Positions 19,402 to 29,675 of a stretch of 64,000 nucleotides of DNA are shown piece after piece; positions within the stretch are counted from its first letter, which is position 1; every line of letters begins with the position of its first letter. A model generated the notes under the pieces. It searched no databases, had not been told where the DNA came from, and saw only the letters and a list, made by a program, of their open reading frames with translations. The position numbers were made by a program, and so were the translations under genes. The stretch is from a virus: positions 32,001 through 96,000 of IMG/VR virus record IMGVR_UViG_3300010354_000053. The stretch is one strand, 5' to 3'.

Positions 19402-20205
19402 TTAAATTGAAAAGTCGATGATATCTTGTAGATTAAAATATGGTTTTTTCGTAAAACTACTTACGCCAACTTTTCCCACAAATAAACAAAGTTTATGGCG
19501 ATAAGAACCTAGCTTTTTACTTATTTTAGGATCGTATTCAAATACTTTCTTTTTTATACCAGAAACTGGATCATCGACTAGCCGATCTTTTGGCCACATA
19601 CGCACTCGAACATCATCGCTGCCATCAAAGATAGAAACTTCAATAAATTCTTTACCATCATACTTTTTAGTGGCATATCCATTAAAATAACCAAAAAATG
19701 CTTTACGCCACATGCCAGTTTTTACCGAAAATTCAGATATTGTCCCCTTGTAGTTTTTAGCTATTGCTACACGGTCTTCTACTTTCTGGCCATTTTGATC
19801 AATAGTAAATTGGCGAGCGAATGGAAACACTTCGGCAAATTCTTCTTTAGTAGGTTTAAAGCCCAGTTGCTGTAGCGCAGATTGATATACATTACAAAAG
19901 TTAATGGAAAAAATTGGATTAAAATCAGCCAACCACAGCTGACGATCAAAGTCAGACGTGATTTTTTCCATAGGAATGCGTTGGTCTTTGATCTTTGGAA
20001 AACCGGCGGTAGACTTACACGCCTTTTTAAGTTGCTCAACAGCCGCAAATCTCTGGTCTACTGTAAGTGGTTCTGGAAAGCAGTCGTCAAATGCACCACT
20101 CATGATCATAGTTATAATTGGCGAAACCATAATTTTAATTTCGCCGGTTTCATAATTCTGTTTTACGTCCTTAACTTTCGCTAAAAAGTCTTCCCATTTA
20201 CTCAA
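19402..20205 (-). CDS. dnaE: DNA polymerase III alpha, C-terminal part (rest of HhH + OB fold)
   Basis: SKWEDFLAKV...MIMSGAFD (E. coli DnaE LIMSGAFD); OB-like FFGYFNGYATKKYDGKEFIEVSIFDGSDDVRVRMW; TTG start 8 nt after GAGGT. Confidence 0.8.
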   Translation of the reverse strand: MSKWEDFLAKVKDVKQNYETGEIKIMVSPIITMIMSGAFDDCFPEPLTVDQRFAAVEQLKKACKSTAGFPKIKDQRIPMEKITSDFDRQLWLADFNPIFSINFCNVYQSALQQLGFKPTKEEFAEVFPFARQFTIDQNGQKVEDRVAIAKNYKGTISEFSVKTGMWRKAFFGYFNGYATKKYDGKEFIEVSIFDGSDDVRVRMWPKDRLVDDPVSGIKKKVFEYDPKISKKLGSYRHKLCLFVGKVGVSSFTKKPYFNLQDIIDFSI

Positions 20206-22195
20206 TGTAAACAACCTCATCAAAGTAGTAATCTTGCGTATGATGCTCAATCATCAGCACAAGCTTACGATCTGAAATTTCTTTAATCGCGCTGATGCAG
20301 ATTTCCTGTGTAGCAAGATCGCAACCTTGCAGGCTTTCATCAAGCATCAAAATCGGGCTATTATACATATCTGATAAAGCTAATTGAAACGCTAAAACCA
20401 AACGGCTAAATTGACCACCAGATAAATCATCTTCATTGAGTGTTTCTAATACTTGTCCATCACATGTTAGCTCTAAATTAATTGCGGAAATTTCTTTATC
20501 TTTAGACTTTAGCTTTCTAGTAGTTTTTAATTCGGCTTTAACTCGACCGTCTAACAGTAGATCTAGCCAATATGTAGCACGGAAATTAATTTCATCGATA
20601 ATACTTTCTAGCGATTCCAACATTGACTTCTGCCAAACTTCGCCAATTTCACTGCAGCCAGAATATAGTTCTTTAGCGTCTTGCTTCTGTTTTGCAATCT
20701 CTACTAAAGATTCTGTTAACGCATTTAATTTTTGCTCGTACTCATTAATTTTATTGCTAATTTCTGCATTTTTATTAATCTGATCAAGCTTTGCTTGCAA
20801 AGCATTCTTCTTAGAAGTTTCTTTGCTTAGTTCATTTGAATATGTTTCTATTTTCATAAACGCAGATTGAATTTTGCTTTCTAGTTCAGCCATTGGAATC
20901 AAATTAGCGTTTGTGTTAATAATTTGGTCAGCTTTTTGTTTCTTTTTCTGTAGTCCCAAAATGTTATTTTCAACATCATCTGATAAAACTTTGTACTTTC
21001 GCATTTCTTTTAAATGATCACCCAATTGGCTTGCGGCCAACTCAAATTTTTGAATATTGTTTTTATGTTTAAGAATTTTTGTATTAATTTCAGATTCAAA
21101 ATTAGTGACTGAAATTGATTCTACAGCATCGTGATGGCTAAGAAACTCTTCACAAATTATTTTTAAATCTAAAATTCTGTCTACAATCTCTGGTTCGCCG
21201 TATAGCTCAATATTCTGTGTGAGATTAAATATTTTGCCCAAAGACAACTGTTTTTGTTCTTGATATCTTTCTAGGTTTTGCATCTGCGAAAGCAGCCATT
21301 CCATTTTGTTTAATTCTTGCTTCAGTTTTTTGGCTTGCTCTAAATATTCGTTTATTTGTTTGCTAACATAATCTTCTTTGAAATCAAGCAGCTTTTCTTT
21401 ATATTCGGCTTGTTTTACTGTTAATTCTTGAAGGTTTTCTTCATATTTAAATAAAAAATCGGAGGCCGATTGAAATACGTTACGTGCTGGATGATTTTTG
21501 TTTTCATTAAATTCATCTCGAGCTTTTTTGAGTTCATCAATCTTACGAGTTAACGTATAAATGTGACCTTCTGTCGCAGTAATTTTTTTCTGTAAATCTT
21601 TTGGCGCACCTTGTACATCAAACATAGTTTCCGACAGAGAGCTGATTGTGTTTTTAGCTTCTTTTATTTTGTCTTGGATGTTTTGTTCTTTGTGTTCTAA
21701 TTGGCTAAGTAAATTACCCACTTCCTTAGTTTTTTCGGTAATTTCTTCTTTTTGTTTAAATGGATCAGAGCCTTTAAACGCAAGCTCGTTAATTAATTCC
21801 ATTTGCTCTGAAGGAGACAAATTAATCAAACTATTCTTTTGATTTTGAGCAACATATGAACAAATATCAAATTCGGTTTTATTCATACGCAAAATATTTT
21901 CAATTTCATTCTGCGCGGTAGATGAACTAAGCCCGTTTACCTTGAGTATGTTTGGGCCACGACCTCTAGTTATTGAGAGATCAAAACCGTCGAATTGTAC
22001 CGATGTAGTTTCTTCATTCCATGTCGTAATCTTATTCTGTTTACCATAAAAAGCGTAGCTAATAGCTTTAAAAACAGACGACTTTCCCACACCGCTGCGC
22101 CCATGAATACGCACCATGCCAGTTTCGGGTAGAGAAAAAGATACGTCGTTATGATTACGGAAGTTTGTCAAAGATAAATTGATACGATTTTTCAA
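20198..22195 (-). CDS. SbcC/Rad50/gp46-like ATPase
   Basis: GRSGVGKS, long coiled coil, LSGGQ, LMLDE, IEH. Confidence 0.9.
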   Translation of the reverse strand: MKNRINLSLTNFRNHNDVSFSLPETGMVRIHGRSGVGKSSVFKAISYAFYGKQNKITTWNEETTSVQFDGFDLSITRGRGPNILKVNGLSSSTAQNEIENILRMNKTEFDICSYVAQNQKNSLINLSPSEQMELINELAFKGSDPFKQKEEITEKTKEVGNLLSQLEHKEQNIQDKIKEAKNTISSLSETMFDVQGAPKDLQKKITATEGHIYTLTRKIDELKKARDEFNENKNHPARNVFQSASDFLFKYEENLQELTVKQAEYKEKLLDFKEDYVSKQINEYLEQAKKLKQELNKMEWLLSQMQNLERYQEQKQLSLGKIFNLTQNIELYGEPEIVDRILDLKIICEEFLSHHDAVESISVTNFESEINTKILKHKNNIQKFELAASQLGDHLKEMRKYKVLSDDVENNILGLQKKKQKADQIINTNANLIPMAELESKIQSAFMKIETYSNELSKETSKKNALQAKLDQINKNAEISNKINEYEQKLNALTESLVEIAKQKQDAKELYSGCSEIGEVWQKSMLESLESIIDEINFRATYWLDLLLDGRVKAELKTTRKLKSKDKEISAINLELTCDGQVLETLNEDDLSGGQFSRLVLAFQLALSDMYNSPILMLDESLQGCDLATQEICISAIKEISDRKLVLMIEHHTQDYYFDEVVYIE

Positions 22196-23132
22196 GTTTA
22201 CGTTCCTTCACATAGTCAGAAAAACGTTCGGTAAAACTTTTTGTATTTGCCTGTAACTTGCGCTGTGTTTTTTCTTGATGATCTTCCGCAATGAATTTAA
22301 ACTTAACTTGCTTAGCCAATTTTTTATATTCTTTTGTTTTCTTAAACGCAATAATGTTAAACGATGTATCCTTGATAACAATGCGATATTCGTTTACAGG
22401 ATCAATCTGGAATTTATTGACGTCTTCAATTTTTATTTCACGTGTAACAAACTTTGGCATTTGTAAGTCAATAGCCTGAATAACTTTATAATTTTCATTT
22501 TTAATGTCAATTAAAAAAACAAACTTTTCTTCATCTTCACTAAATCGATGTTGGCATGGAGTTCCGGGGTACCAAATTAAATTTCCTACGGTGTGTTCAC
22601 CATGGATGTGTCCACTAATCACCTTGCACGATGGAAGCTCATCGCCATGTTCACTTTTTAACCCAGCTTCCATCAAACAGCCTTTGAATTCTTGATGAGC
22701 AAACAATAAAGTTTCTCTTCCTGATAACATCTCCATGGCTTTATGGAATGCTCCGGGAGGGCAATAAGGAATAAAACCGACGTGTGTATCATCAATACAA
22801 TCATATATAGGATGATCAACCACAACGTAATTTGGAGTGTTTTTAAATGGCGCAAGAGCATGAAATCTAGGTAAGAAAGTCTTGCTATCGTTCATTTCAT
22901 GGTTGCCAAGAATATGGACAATCTTTACATGGCTGTTTGCGCTTAAAAACTCAGAAAAAATAGTGAGGCAATCATTACGAACAATATCGTGCTCGTCAAA
23001 CACGTCACCTAGTAAAACTACCATCTCAGGGTTAACTGAAGATATAGTTTCAGTTAACCGAGATAACAGCAACTCTGAACGCTTTAATCTGCGGTGTGTT
23101 AGATGGATGTCCCCGACTACTAAACAATTCAT
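22155..23132 (-). CDS. SbcD/Mre11/gp47-like metallophosphoesterase nuclease
   Basis: GDIH, LGDVFD, GNHE, AHQE, SGHIH, YPGTP. Confidence 0.9.
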   Translation of the reverse strand: MNCLVVGDIHLTHRRLKRSELLLSRLTETISSVNPEMVVLLGDVFDEHDIVRNDCLTIFSEFLSANSHVKIVHILGNHEMNDSKTFLPRFHALAPFKNTPNYVVVDHPIYDCIDDTHVGFIPYCPPGAFHKAMEMLSGRETLLFAHQEFKGCLMEAGLKSEHGDELPSCKVISGHIHGEHTVGNLIWYPGTPCQHRFSEDEEKFVFLIDIKNENYKVIQAIDLQMPKFVTREIKIEDVNKFQIDPVNEYRIVIKDTSFNIIAFKKTKEYKKLAKQVKFKFIAEDHQEKTQRKLQANTKSFTERFSDYVKERKLEKSYQFIFDKLP

Positions 23133-23267
23133 AGCACCTCACTTTAAAGCTAGCGTACCAAAATTAATAAAATTGAAAACAAAAAAGTTCAGTTGTCATC
23201 CGATAGGTGTTTTCTTATTTCTACGATTGTGGTTTTATTTAAAAACAAACCCAAAAAAGAAGACGCT

Positions 23268-25193
23268 ATGGCAAAAGCGCAAAATATATATTTTCCATTC
23301 TTTGTCAGAAGACGATGGGAAAAAGATACACAAATCATTCCATACTTTAAAATCAATAATCTTTTTCTTGATCAAAACAAAGATAAAGATAAAAAATATC
23401 TAGTTTTTTATAATAAGAAAAACATTGAAAAAATCAAACAGATAAAAACTAATCGATACATACCGTTTGTGCAGCCGACGAATGACTTTTTGCCACAAAC
23501 TACATTTGTGATTGATTTCGATTTAAAAGAACATTTGCCAGAAATCACGCAAAAAATTGTGAATGGTTTTTCTAAACTTAATTCAATTTTAAACGGTAAA
23601 TGTCTGTTAGTCAACAGCTCTAGTGGTGTCGGCTGGCATATTATTTTTGTAGCGAACGGAAATATAGAACCTAAAAACTATCAACAGTTACAAAAAGATA
23701 TAATACAAAGTTTATTTAACGATATTCAAGATTATATTGATTTCAACGCATCGTTATCTAAAAAACAAGGTTTTTATCATCTTGCGTATTTTCCAGAGTG
23801 GATTGAGAATGGATATATTAATATCACTAAACGAGAGCAGGGAAGAAATAGAAACTTTTGGACTTCGAAGATTGCGCTTGATTCTTTTGAAATCCATTCT
23901 TTGCAAGATAATTTAATCCCATTTGAAAAACGCGATTTCTATAGATTAGATAATGATCTGAAAAAAACTATAGAATTTATAGAACGAGCATCAACATTTA
24001 ATAATCAAACTGTAAAAAACCAATATGCGAGTAGATTTATTAATATTATTGGTTGTATTTCTCAGTCTTCAAATTTTCAAATTAGATCTTTGCTTAGTAA
24101 GCATAATGTTTCAAATATTCGAAAAACCCATCCACTAAGTGCAGATTTTTTATCGAAGGCTGCTCTATCTATTTCTAGATACACTCAATATTATAGAGAG
24201 TTTGATAGTTTTCTAAATCCAGAAGAACAAATTGAACCCGTTGAAGACTTCAGCCGGTTAATACTCTTATCTAAAGAGATCAATTTTAATAAATCGGTAA
24301 ACAAATATTTTGGGACTGGGAAAATAGATAAGGCGTTTTATTTTGAATCGGAAATCAAATTCTTAGATAATCTTTTTATTGATTGTCTACAAATTTCATT
24401 AATCAAAAATCCAGAAAAATGCCTACAGATTTTAGAAAAAAACATTCAACTTATTGATGAAAAACAGATTGTTGTTGAGGCTCAAACAATTAAGCGATTC
24501 ATTAAATTTGTGTTTGAAATAAAACAACTTGAGAAAAAAATTCATACTCAAAAAAATAATTTTATTCTGAATGATGAATTGGTTGAAGATTTTCTGAAAA
24601 AAGTTTTTGAAAATGATTACAAAAACCTTTCTATTTCTAAACAAAACGAACAAACTTTAAAAAAAATCTGGCGTGTAGAAAAAGAATGGCTAATGAAAGG
24701 TTTTAAACAACTTTTAGCGTTTATTTTACATTTAAAAATGGCCGAAAATAATCTTTTTATTGATATTGGTCTAGAAGATTTTAAACAATTTTGGAATACA
24801 CATGAAAGAAAAGCCACTGCGTTACGCCAATTGCTTATGCCTAGCCTATCAAAAGATATTAATGAGTATAAAGCACACTGGAAACGCCGGGGTTTCATGA
24901 TTGATTGGAAGTTGATAGAAAATTTCTGCTCTACGGGATTTGTTTTTACACCGCAATATCTAGCAACAAGATTAGGCAATGGTAACACGTGGAGTATCAT
25001 TCGCGTTTATGCTAAACCCTTAGTTATCAATCACGGTTTACATGAAGCTTGCAAAATATTTAATGAGGCTTTATGGTTATCAGAGGCAAAGAATAAAAAA
25101 CAGCGGATCAGAGAATTTGCTCTTTTCGCTAGAAAAATATCTAGGCAATTACAGGAACAGCGATGCAAATCACAAGTGCAGACGGCAGAATAG
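23268..25193 (+). CDS. AEP (primase-polymerase) superfamily protein, possible replication initiator
   Basis: FVIDFD and SSSGVGWHIIF motifs; long helical C-terminal part. Confidence 0.55.
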   Translation: MAKAQNIYFPFFVRRRWEKDTQIIPYFKINNLFLDQNKDKDKKYLVFYNKKNIEKIKQIKTNRYIPFVQPTNDFLPQTTFVIDFDLKEHLPEITQKIVNGFSKLNSILNGKCLLVNSSSGVGWHIIFVANGNIEPKNYQQLQKDIIQSLFNDIQDYIDFNASLSKKQGFYHLAYFPEWIENGYINITKREQGRNRNFWTSKIALDSFEIHSLQDNLIPFEKRDFYRLDNDLKKTIEFIERASTFNNQTVKNQYASRFINIIGCISQSSNFQIRSLLSKHNVSNIRKTHPLSADFLSKAALSISRYTQYYREFDSFLNPEEQIEPVEDFSRLILLSKEINFNKSVNKYFGTGKIDKAFYFESEIKFLDNLFIDCLQISLIKNPEKCLQILEKNIQLIDEKQIVVEAQTIKRFIKFVFEIKQLEKKIHTQKNNFILNDELVEDFLKKVFENDYKNLSISKQNEQTLKKIWRVEKEWLMKGFKQLLAFILHLKMAENNLFIDIGLEDFKQFWNTHERKATALRQLLMPSLSKDINEYKAHWKRRGFMIDWKLIENFCSTGFVFTPQYLATRLGNGNTWSIIRVYAKPLVINHGLHEACKIFNEALWLSEAKNKKQRIREFALFARKISRQLQEQRCKSQVQTAE

Positions 25194-25861
25194 TGATAAT
25201 GATCACGGACGATATTTATAATAAAAGCATTTATCCGCAGTGCGATTTTAGCATCATTGAATTGCCCCTTGAGTCCAAAGACGCTAAAAAAATGTACCAG
25301 CAGCTGTATAAAACTCAAAAAAATAACCATATTTCCCTTCAATACAGCAGACTTCCAAAAAAACTGCGCCTCAAAGCTATGAGCAATGTTTATTTGGGCG
25401 ATGAAATTGGTTTTAAATTTTATGATTATATAACAATTGTTTCGCAGCAGCCGTGTAGGCAGCCTCCTAATCATTTATCCCCACTTGGAGAAGTCGGCAT
25501 CTTATTTACTAAGAACGAAGAGCCGAATACTAAAACAACCAACTGGTTTAATCCCGAAATTGGCGATTGCACAAACGTTTGGGATGTTAGTTTTCAGCCA
25601 AAAGAGGGAAGCGGGCAGACTGTATCAAAAAAATTTGCGTGGGAGATAGGTTATCTTTTAGCAAATTTAGCGAGTCCGCTCATTTGTAGAAAATTTTTAA
25701 TACTGGGTCTGCCTGAGTTGTCAATGGCAAGGTTTGCATTACATTCAAACTTGCAAATGTATGCAATAACTTCAGATGAGTTTACGGCTAATAAAATTAT
25801 CAAAGATTATGATAAGGCGTGTAAAAGCGAGGTACAGGATAAATCATGGCAAAAGAAATAA
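25163..25861 (+). CDS. Degenerate beta-class N4/N6 DNA methyltransferase homolog
   Basis: Motif order kept (GFKFYDYITI, EVGILFTK, TNVWDV, KFAWEIGYLL) but DPPY and FxGxG are lost. Confidence 0.5.
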   Translation: MQITSADGRIVIMITDDIYNKSIYPQCDFSIIELPLESKDAKKMYQQLYKTQKNNHISLQYSRLPKKLRLKAMSNVYLGDEIGFKFYDYITIVSQQPCRQPPNHLSPLGEVGILFTKNEEPNTKTTNWFNPEIGDCTNVWDVSFQPKEGSGQTVSKKFAWEIGYLLANLASPLICRKFLILGLPELSMARFALHSNLQMYAITSDEFTANKIIKDYDKACKSEVQDKSWQKK

Positions 25862-27456
25862 AATATGGACACGAGGCAAGAAATAAAGCCGTTCAAGCAT
25901 TGGAAGAAATTTCCTATATTGTTGGCAGTACTCTTGGGCCTGGTGGTAAAACTGTTCTTTTAAGTCGTCGTAATTCTGCCGATGAAATTTCTGTTTCTCA
26001 TACTAAAGACGGGTTTAATGTATTAAACAGTTTGCGTTATACCGATCCGGTATTTGACGCCGTGCATAAACTTTGCCTACAGGCTAGTGCAAACTCGGTT
26101 GTGTCATCCGGAGACGGCACAACTTCAACTATTGTAATGGCTGCAGCTTTTGCTAAGGCTCTGGTCAATAGTGGAAATAATCCACAGGCGGCAGCTCGAA
26201 AGTTTCGCAAAGAAATTCAAAATGCTATAGAGGCTATTAAAAGCGAAGCTGTGGCTAGTGATGAAGCAGTTTATAAAGTGGCGCTTACTAGTGCTAACGG
26301 AGATGAGGAGCTTACTAAGTTTGTAATGGATGCAGTATCTCAAAGCTCAGCTTATGGAACTGTAATTGTAGAAAAGAACCCTATGTCTAAAGATCCTTAT
26401 AGGATTGATAAGGAATACGGTTACCAAGCTGGCACAGGATACAGCTATTATCTGCCATTTGCGCAAAGCATTCGACCAAACTTAGCAAATAATGCCGAGT
26501 TTACTCTTAAAAAATGCCATGTATTGCCATATAACGGCGACCTAATGATGATGTCTCAAGTTAAGCCAATGCTGGAGTCTTTAGCAAGAAATGCAACCGG
26601 TGGATGGAACTTATTGATTATTTGTCATCAGATTGCTGAAGATTTGGCTGCAAATTTGGCATTTTTTAATCGACAAAACCCTAATGCAAAAGTGTTTGTT
26701 GTAAGAACCACGCCCTCGGCAGAGCTGAATGGGCAGGTCCAACAACTTAATGATATTGCCTCGTATACTGGGGCAAAAGTTATGGATGGGGGCAGTTTAA
26801 CTCACTTGGTGATAGAAGATTTTGGCGACTGCCAGTCAGTTCGGATTGGACCACATAAAACTTTCATCTTAGGCAAATCTGAACGTAATTGGATTATTGA
26901 GCGAGCAGAACAAAATGAAGAATCGGCTCGCCTAGCACCAAGCCAAATGGATCGTGACATCATTCATTCCCGTAATGCATCGCTGACTGGTGGTTGTGTC
27001 AAGCTTATTATTGGCGGTTCGTTAATGAGTGATCTACAAGAACGAGCCGACCGTGCTGATGACGCTATTAAAGCTTCGCAAGCTTGTTCACGCTCAGGAG
27101 CTCTGCCGGGCTGCGGTGCATCGTACATGCGAGCGGGGCAGCAAGCTAAGGTTTCTGAATCCGTACAGACAGCGCTTGCGAGCATTCATAATGTGATTAT
27201 GACAAATTTTGGCGAAACGCCTATGAAGCATTTTGATAAAAATCAAACATATTATATTACCGACAATGATATCCAAAAGGTCGAAAACTTTTTAGACCAT
27301 GGAGTTGCTGATAGTTTTGAAACTATTCGGTCAGTTATCACAAACGCCTTTGAACTAGGTTTGTTGGTGACAAATTTAGGTGGATATAGCCTTGAAGCAG
27401 ATTTAGATCAAATGGAGCAGGCGGCAAGGGCTAAAGAAATTTTAAGAGGCGTATAG
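25846..27456 (+). CDS. groEL: Phage chaperonin, GroEL-like
   Basis: MAKEIKYG, TLGPGG, TKDG, GDGTTS, ERADRADDA, GALPGCG. Confidence 0.93.
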   Translation: MAKEIKYGHEARNKAVQALEEISYIVGSTLGPGGKTVLLSRRNSADEISVSHTKDGFNVLNSLRYTDPVFDAVHKLCLQASANSVVSSGDGTTSTIVMAAAFAKALVNSGNNPQAAARKFRKEIQNAIEAIKSEAVASDEAVYKVALTSANGDEELTKFVMDAVSQSSAYGTVIVEKNPMSKDPYRIDKEYGYQAGTGYSYYLPFAQSIRPNLANNAEFTLKKCHVLPYNGDLMMMSQVKPMLESLARNATGGWNLLIICHQIAEDLAANLAFFNRQNPNAKVFVVRTTPSAELNGQVQQLNDIASYTGAKVMDGGSLTHLVIEDFGDCQSVRIGPHKTFILGKSERNWIIERAEQNEESARLAPSQMDRDIIHSRNASLTGGCVKLIIGGSLMSDLQERADRADDAIKASQACSRSGALPGCGASYMRAGQQAKVSESVQTALASIHNVIMTNFGETPMKHFDKNQTYYITDNDIQKVENFLDHGVADSFETIRSVITNAFELGLLVTNLGGYSLEADLDQMEQAARAKEILRGV

Positions 27457-27463
27457 TATTATA

Positions 27464-27715
27464 ATGAAAAAGAAATTTTCTGCAAAAATTGAGTTTTTGT
27501 TACCAGATGATTTTGAAGGCTCGTACCTTGAAGCGTTGAGAGAATATGTTGGGTATTTAGAGAAGAACGGATCGGAGGAAACAAACATTCCACAGTTTCT
27601 GCCAGAAGATTGGCACTTTGCGTTTTCATTAGGGCAGGGAAAGAAATCCTGCCATAGCTATTCAATAGAATTATTCGGAGTAGATGTTCAGGAATTAGAA
27701 GAATATCTCGATTAA
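27464..27715 (+). CDS. Hypothetical protein
   Basis: Small acidic ORF; no GroES motifs. Confidence 0.5.
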   Translation: MKKKFSAKIEFLLPDDFEGSYLEALREYVGYLEKNGSEETNIPQFLPEDWHFAFSLGQGKKSCHSYSIELFGVDVQELEEYLD

Positions 27716-27778
27716 TTAATAAAAAGATGTGATATACTTTTATAGTGTTTTTTCACACACACAAAGGAGTATTTTGTT

Positions 27779-29626
27779 ATGCAGATTAAAAAGAAGTTTA
27801 TTAAGAATAATGCAGTTGATGGTGCGAAACTGCTTCTTCTTAACGATCAATCCGTTCGCGCCCTAGACGCTAGCGATAACGTTGTTGAGCTCATGAAGCT
27901 AGATGCTTCTGGCGATCTTCGTATGCTAGTTCTTCCAAAGGCATCCGTTGACCCTTCAGATGCAGAGCATCTAGCTCGTAAAGGCTATGTTGATACCGAA
28001 GTTTCTGGTGCGTTAAGCTCCGCAAACAGCTATACAGATGCACAGATTGCAGCAACTGTTGGTGCAGCTCCTGATCTTCTAAATACATTGCAAGAACTTT
28101 CAGCAGCTCTTGGCGATGATGAAAACTTTGCTTCAACAATCGCAAGCCAAATTAGTGCTCTTGATGGCAGACTAGATACACTAGAAGGCGACGAAAGCGT
28201 TGCTGACTCTGTTGAGCAACGAATTTCTGAGCGTCTTAACCCATCTGATTCACGCAGATTCCTCTATGTAGACCTTACTGCTCCCGGCGGTTGGCATAAA
28301 GAATCTGAAAGTCTTTCATATACGCCAGATGGTACTGTTTTTAAGCCATTCAATACCATCCAAGCCGCTATTAACCATGGCTATACTCAACTAGATGACA
28401 TGACTTACGGAAATAGTGATGCAAATCATGACTTCGTAGTCGTTATTCGTGCGCTTGCTGCTGGAGATAGCACTGGTGCAAACGTAAGTATGCAAACTGG
28501 TAATAACGCTAGACCTCTTAGTATTAGTATTGACCCAGATGCAATTCGTACTGCGGCTGGCCTGAATGCTCTTTCTGCTGCTGGCGGCGGAAAATGTACA
28601 ATCATGGTCGAAGATGGTTTAATTAACGGTATTATTCCAATTAAACTAGTTGGTACAATCACAATTGCTGGTGCAAATACTACTCGTATTAAAATGAAGA
28701 ATATCTTCATTGAAGCTCCGGGCGGTGTTAATAATACAGTGCTAACTATCAACGGTACTGCTGGTCGCCACTATTTCGAAAATTGCGGTTTTTCTGGTAC
28801 CGTCCAATTTTCTGGTGCATGGCGCCGTTGGCATGATTTCACAAATGGCTACCACTATGGTCTAAAAATGCAAGGTACTCCTGCAGCAGACCAGAGTGTT
28901 TCGTTGAATCAAGAACAAGCTCTTGCTCAACAGCTTGTAGACTGCGGTACTCTTGTAGTTAATAACTGTGAAAGAATCCACTCTGTTGTTCATAATGCGG
29001 GTATTGTTTCTATTGCAAAATCTGCATTTACAAACGTTGCTGGTTTGGTGTCTTCGGCTGCAAGCCCTGGTGCTCTCTACCTAAGAGACGTTATGTTACA
29101 TAACGGAGCTGCTTATTGTGCATTAACAAAAACCGGTTCTGCTCCTTATTTGTTCACCAACGTCACAAGATCAGCCGCTGCAGAAAATGTTGCCGCTGGT
29201 ACGCGAATGGCTCTTGGTGCATCTGCAGGCGACTTTAAATTCGTTCCAGCTTCTGTTGGCGATTGGACAGTTGCAGCGGGCGGAGAAGCTTCTGTTAAGT
29301 CTGCACTTGATGAGCTAAAATCCCAAGTTGTTTCTTCGTTGAATCAATTGGCAGATATTACGTGGGTTTCAGGAAGCTTTGAAATCACTGCACAAATGAT
29401 TGCTGATGGATATGTTGATTTAGGATTTGGCGCAGAATATGCAGAGGGCTCTCTAGTAGCGTTTATAGACAGACTAGCTATCCATGAAGGCGATGATTTT
29501 TCTTTGATCAATCTTGGCGACAATTGGAGAATGGCGTTTGATGGAAGTTTACTACCCGGTGGCGAGGAAGCACTTGCTGAGGGCGATAAAATTCGCATTA
29601 AATACCAGACCAGATCTGTTATCTAA
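27779..29626 (+). CDS. Virion fibre / receptor-binding-like protein
   Basis: APDLLNTLQELSAALGDDENFASTI fibre motif; DGTVFKPFNTIQAAI beta-helix entry motif. Confidence 0.7.
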   Translation: MQIKKKFIKNNAVDGAKLLLLNDQSVRALDASDNVVELMKLDASGDLRMLVLPKASVDPSDAEHLARKGYVDTEVSGALSSANSYTDAQIAATVGAAPDLLNTLQELSAALGDDENFASTIASQISALDGRLDTLEGDESVADSVEQRISERLNPSDSRRFLYVDLTAPGGWHKESESLSYTPDGTVFKPFNTIQAAINHGYTQLDDMTYGNSDANHDFVVVIRALAAGDSTGANVSMQTGNNARPLSISIDPDAIRTAAGLNALSAAGGGKCTIMVEDGLINGIIPIKLVGTITIAGANTTRIKMKNIFIEAPGGVNNTVLTINGTAGRHYFENCGFSGTVQFSGAWRRWHDFTNGYHYGLKMQGTPAADQSVSLNQEQALAQQLVDCGTLVVNNCERIHSVVHNAGIVSIAKSAFTNVAGLVSSAASPGALYLRDVMLHNGAAYCALTKTGSAPYLFTNVTRSAAAENVAAGTRMALGASAGDFKFVPASVGDWTVAAGGEASVKSALDELKSQVVSSLNQLADITWVSGSFEITAQMIADGYVDLGFGAEYAEGSLVAFIDRLAIHEGDDFSLINLGDNWRMAFDGSLLPGGEEALAEGDKIRIKYQTRSVI

Positions 29627-29637
29627 TTCGGTATAGT

Positions 29638-29675
29638 AAAAAAAAACCCCACCAAGAAATTGGTGGGGTTTTTTT
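29638..29675. terminator. Bidirectional terminator
   Basis: A9-CCCCACCAA-gaaa-TTGGTGGGG-T7 between convergent genes. Confidence 0.9.

Noticed and set aside
22882-23403. 173-aa ORF and other antisense or alternate-frame ORFs (e.g. 17764, 40649, 46077, 52086)
   Set aside because: They overlap well-supported genes and lack RBS or motifs
27464-27715. GroES next to groEL
   Set aside because: Size fits but there are no PLxDRV, mobile-loop or GDxV motifs
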